Shown: positions 63,775-64,000 of the stretch, piece after piece
Layout: each line of letters begins with the position of its first letter
Position numbering within the stretch: the first letter of the stretch is position 1
NCBI RefSeq assembly: GCF_036321535.1
Contig: NC_087437.1
Location: forward strand, 4,774,001-4,838,000
Source: Camelus dromedarius
Taxonomy: Eukaryota
DNA: 64,000 nucleotides
Direction: 5' to 3'
Translations under genes and position numbers: made by a program
Notes under the pieces: model-generated
What the model was told of the DNA's origin: nothing
The model's input: only the letters and a program-made list of their open reading frames with translations
Databases searched by the model: none

Positions 63775-63918
63775 GGGGGAGGGTACAGCTCAGGGGTAGA
63801 GTACATGCTTGGCATGCACGAGGTCCTGGGTTCAATCCCCAGTACCTCCTCTAAAAATATAGAAATAGGTAAAACTACCCCCCCTCCAAAATAATGAAAA
63901 AATAATACTTAAAAAAAA
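63775..63918 (+). mobile_element. tRNA-Ala-derived SINE (Vic-1-like)
   Basis: GGGGGAGGGTACAGCTCAG...GGTCCTGGGTTCAATCCCCAGTACCTCC head and an A-rich tail, flanked by CAAAAC(T/G)CAG. Confidence 0.88.
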
Positions 63919-64000
63919 CCAAAACGCAGTTGAAAATTAGCTTCCACCTCCTGCTTGTGCAGAGCCTCAAAATGAGCCACAGGTGAGGATGTAGGGCAGC

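Noticed and set aside
34100..64000. Absence of ANKRD28 exons downstream of BTD as a synteny break
   Set aside because: More than 15 kb of TE insertions could simply push it beyond the window, and this cannot be tested here.

Overview
Mammalian genomic DNA, most likely camelid, judging by the many tRNA-Ala(AGC)-derived Vic-1-type SINEs. The window holds the head-to-head HACL1/BTD locus: HACL1 coding exons 1-2 on the minus strand, a shared CpG-island promoter, and the complete 523-aa biotinidase (BTD) CDS in three coding exons on the plus strand, with a GC-AG intron after the first. The main observation is a ~1.8 kb highly diverged cTAGE5/MIA2-like processed retrocopy inserted at the BTD poly(A) signal. 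It is bounded by an exact 18-bp target-site duplication that contains AATAAA. Downstream is a ~10 kb nest of ERV1-type elements: a minus-strand provirus remnant contains an opposite-strand provirus, which contains a solo LTR, and an L1 sits in one outer LTR. Also present are a near full-length Tigger1, many L1/MIR/MLT/MER fragments, two minisatellite-like arrays and signs of strong AT-to-GC substitution bias. Repeat family names and comparisons with human sequences are from memory and need database confirmation.
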